NCBI GenBank assembly: GCA_964364455.1 | Contig: CAYIMR010000004.1 | Coordinates: forward strand, 1-46,063 | Direction of reading: 5' to 3' | From: an uncultured Planctomycetales bacterium | Lineage (GTDB): Bacteria > Omnitrophota > Gorgyraeia > Zapsychrales > Zapsychraceae | DNA: 46,063 nucleotides | In this document: positions 45,091 through 46,063 of the stretch, piece by piece | Numbering within the stretch: the stretch's first letter is position 1 | How the letters are laid out: each line of letters begins with the position of its first letter | Notes under the pieces: model-generated | Told to the model about the DNA's origin: nothing | Database searches by the model: none | The model's input: only the letters and a program-made list of their open reading frames with translations | Position numbers and translations under genes: made by a program

Positions 45091-46062
45091 TTACTTCTTA
45101 CTTCTTACTTCTTTCATCCACCCCAACGCGTCCTGCGCGTGGTAGCTGATGATAATGTCCGCGCCGGCGCGCTTAATGGCGGTCAGGGTTTCCAGGACGA
45201 CGCCCCGTTCGTTGATCCAATTTTTCGCGGCTGCTGCCTTGACCATCGAATATTCGCCGCTCACGTTGTAGGCGGCGATTGGCACGGCCAATTCCCGGCG
45301 CAAAAGCGCGACAATGTCTAAATATGCCAACGCCGGTTTGATCATAACGATATCGGCGCCTTCACAAACATCTTGCCGCGCTTCTTTGAGGGCTTCGCGT
45401 TGATTGGCCGGATCCATCTGGTAGGTCGCGCGGTCGCCGAACTTTGGAGGCGAACCGGACGCCTCCCTGAATGGCCCATAATAGGCGGAAGCGTATTTGA
45501 CCGCGTAGGACAAAATGCCGACGGTGGATAAATTATTTTTATCAAAGGTTTCCCGGATCGCCTGGACGCGGCCGTCCATCATGTCTGAGGGCGCGACAAA
45601 GTCGGCGCCGGCTTCGGCATGCGCTAACGCCATCCGCGCGAGCAAAGGAAGCGATTTGTCATTGTCGATGCCGCCGCCGGTAACCACGCCGCAATGGCCG
45701 TGGCTCATGTAGGCGCACAGGCATACGTCCGTAATGACCAGAAATCCCGGGAATTCTTTTTTAATTTTACGGATGACGGCCGGGATAACCGCGTTGGCGG
45801 CGTACGCCCGGCTGGCGCGCGTATCTTTGGCGGCAGGGATACCGAACAAAAGACACGCCTGCCCGCCGCGTTTTCGATAGTCCGCGATTCTCCCGATGAG
45901 CTGGTCCGGTGAGTAACGGTAGATCCCCGGCATGGACGCAATGATTTCTTTTTTATTTCTCCCCTCCACCACAAAAAACGGCTGGATGAGGTCATCGGCG
46001 GTGAGCGCCGTCTCGCGCGCGAGGTTGCGGATGGCCGCCGACGCGCGTAATCGCCTGTAGCG
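45091..46062 (-). CDS. hemB: porphobilinogen synthase (5' truncated by window edge)
   Basis: Frame open to the edge (RYRRLR...); DVCLCAY..HGHCG, APSDMMDG, MIKPA, AYNVSGEY. Confidence 0.95.
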   Translation of the reverse strand, partial: RYRRLRASAAIRNLARETALTADDLIQPFFVVEGRNKKEIIASMPGIYRYSPDQLIGRIADYRKRGGQACLLFGIPAAKDTRASRAYAANAVIPAVIRKIKKEFPGFLVITDVCLCAYMSHGHCGVVTGGGIDNDKSLPLLARMALAHAEAGADFVAPSDMMDGRVQAIRETFDKNNLSTVGILSYAVKYASAYYGPFREASGSPPKFGDRATYQMDPANQREALKEARQDVCEGADIVMIKPALAYLDIVALLRRELAVPIAAYNVSGEYSMVKAAAAKNWINERGVVLETLTAIKRAGADIIISYHAQDALGWMKEVRSKK

Positions 46063-46063
46063 G

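Overview
A bacterial surface-polysaccharide locus of about 40 kb on the minus strand. It contains a MerR-type HTH, Wza-like exporter, GumC/Wzc-type chain-length protein, ExeA-like ATPase, tyrosine kinase, epimerase, two Wzm/Wzt ABC pairs, a DegT-Gfo/Idh/MocA fusion, wecB, many glycosyltransferases and an O-antigen ligase/polymerase. A consensus sigma-54 promoter heads it, divergent from rpoN itself, and hemL/hemB lie at the right end. The lineage is not established from sequence alone (my impression is Omnitrophota-like). The most striking feature is a 7-kb island (27691-34590) inside the operon. There a REP-associated HUH/Y1 tyrosine transposase (RAYT) is flanked by palindromes with core GTACACTCC(N)GGAGTGTAC, and further copies separate co-oriented defence/toxin-antitoxin-type cargo units: an AbiE pair, two AAA+DUF4143 ATPases, a DUF1016N-thermonuclease and several collapsed remnants. 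Most units have their own sigma-70 promoter. A ninth full copy precedes an MNT-HEPN pair at the operon end. This resembles an integron-like cassette array served by a RAYT (inference). A second repeat system of inverted heptamer arrays brackets a four-helix-bundle gene and another ATPase, and also occurs as empty hairpins. Also present are an IS701-like IS in an acyltransferase pseudogene, a microhomology deletion scar, and in-frame palindromic insertions in rpoN and hemL. Product calls come from motif recognition, not database searches.
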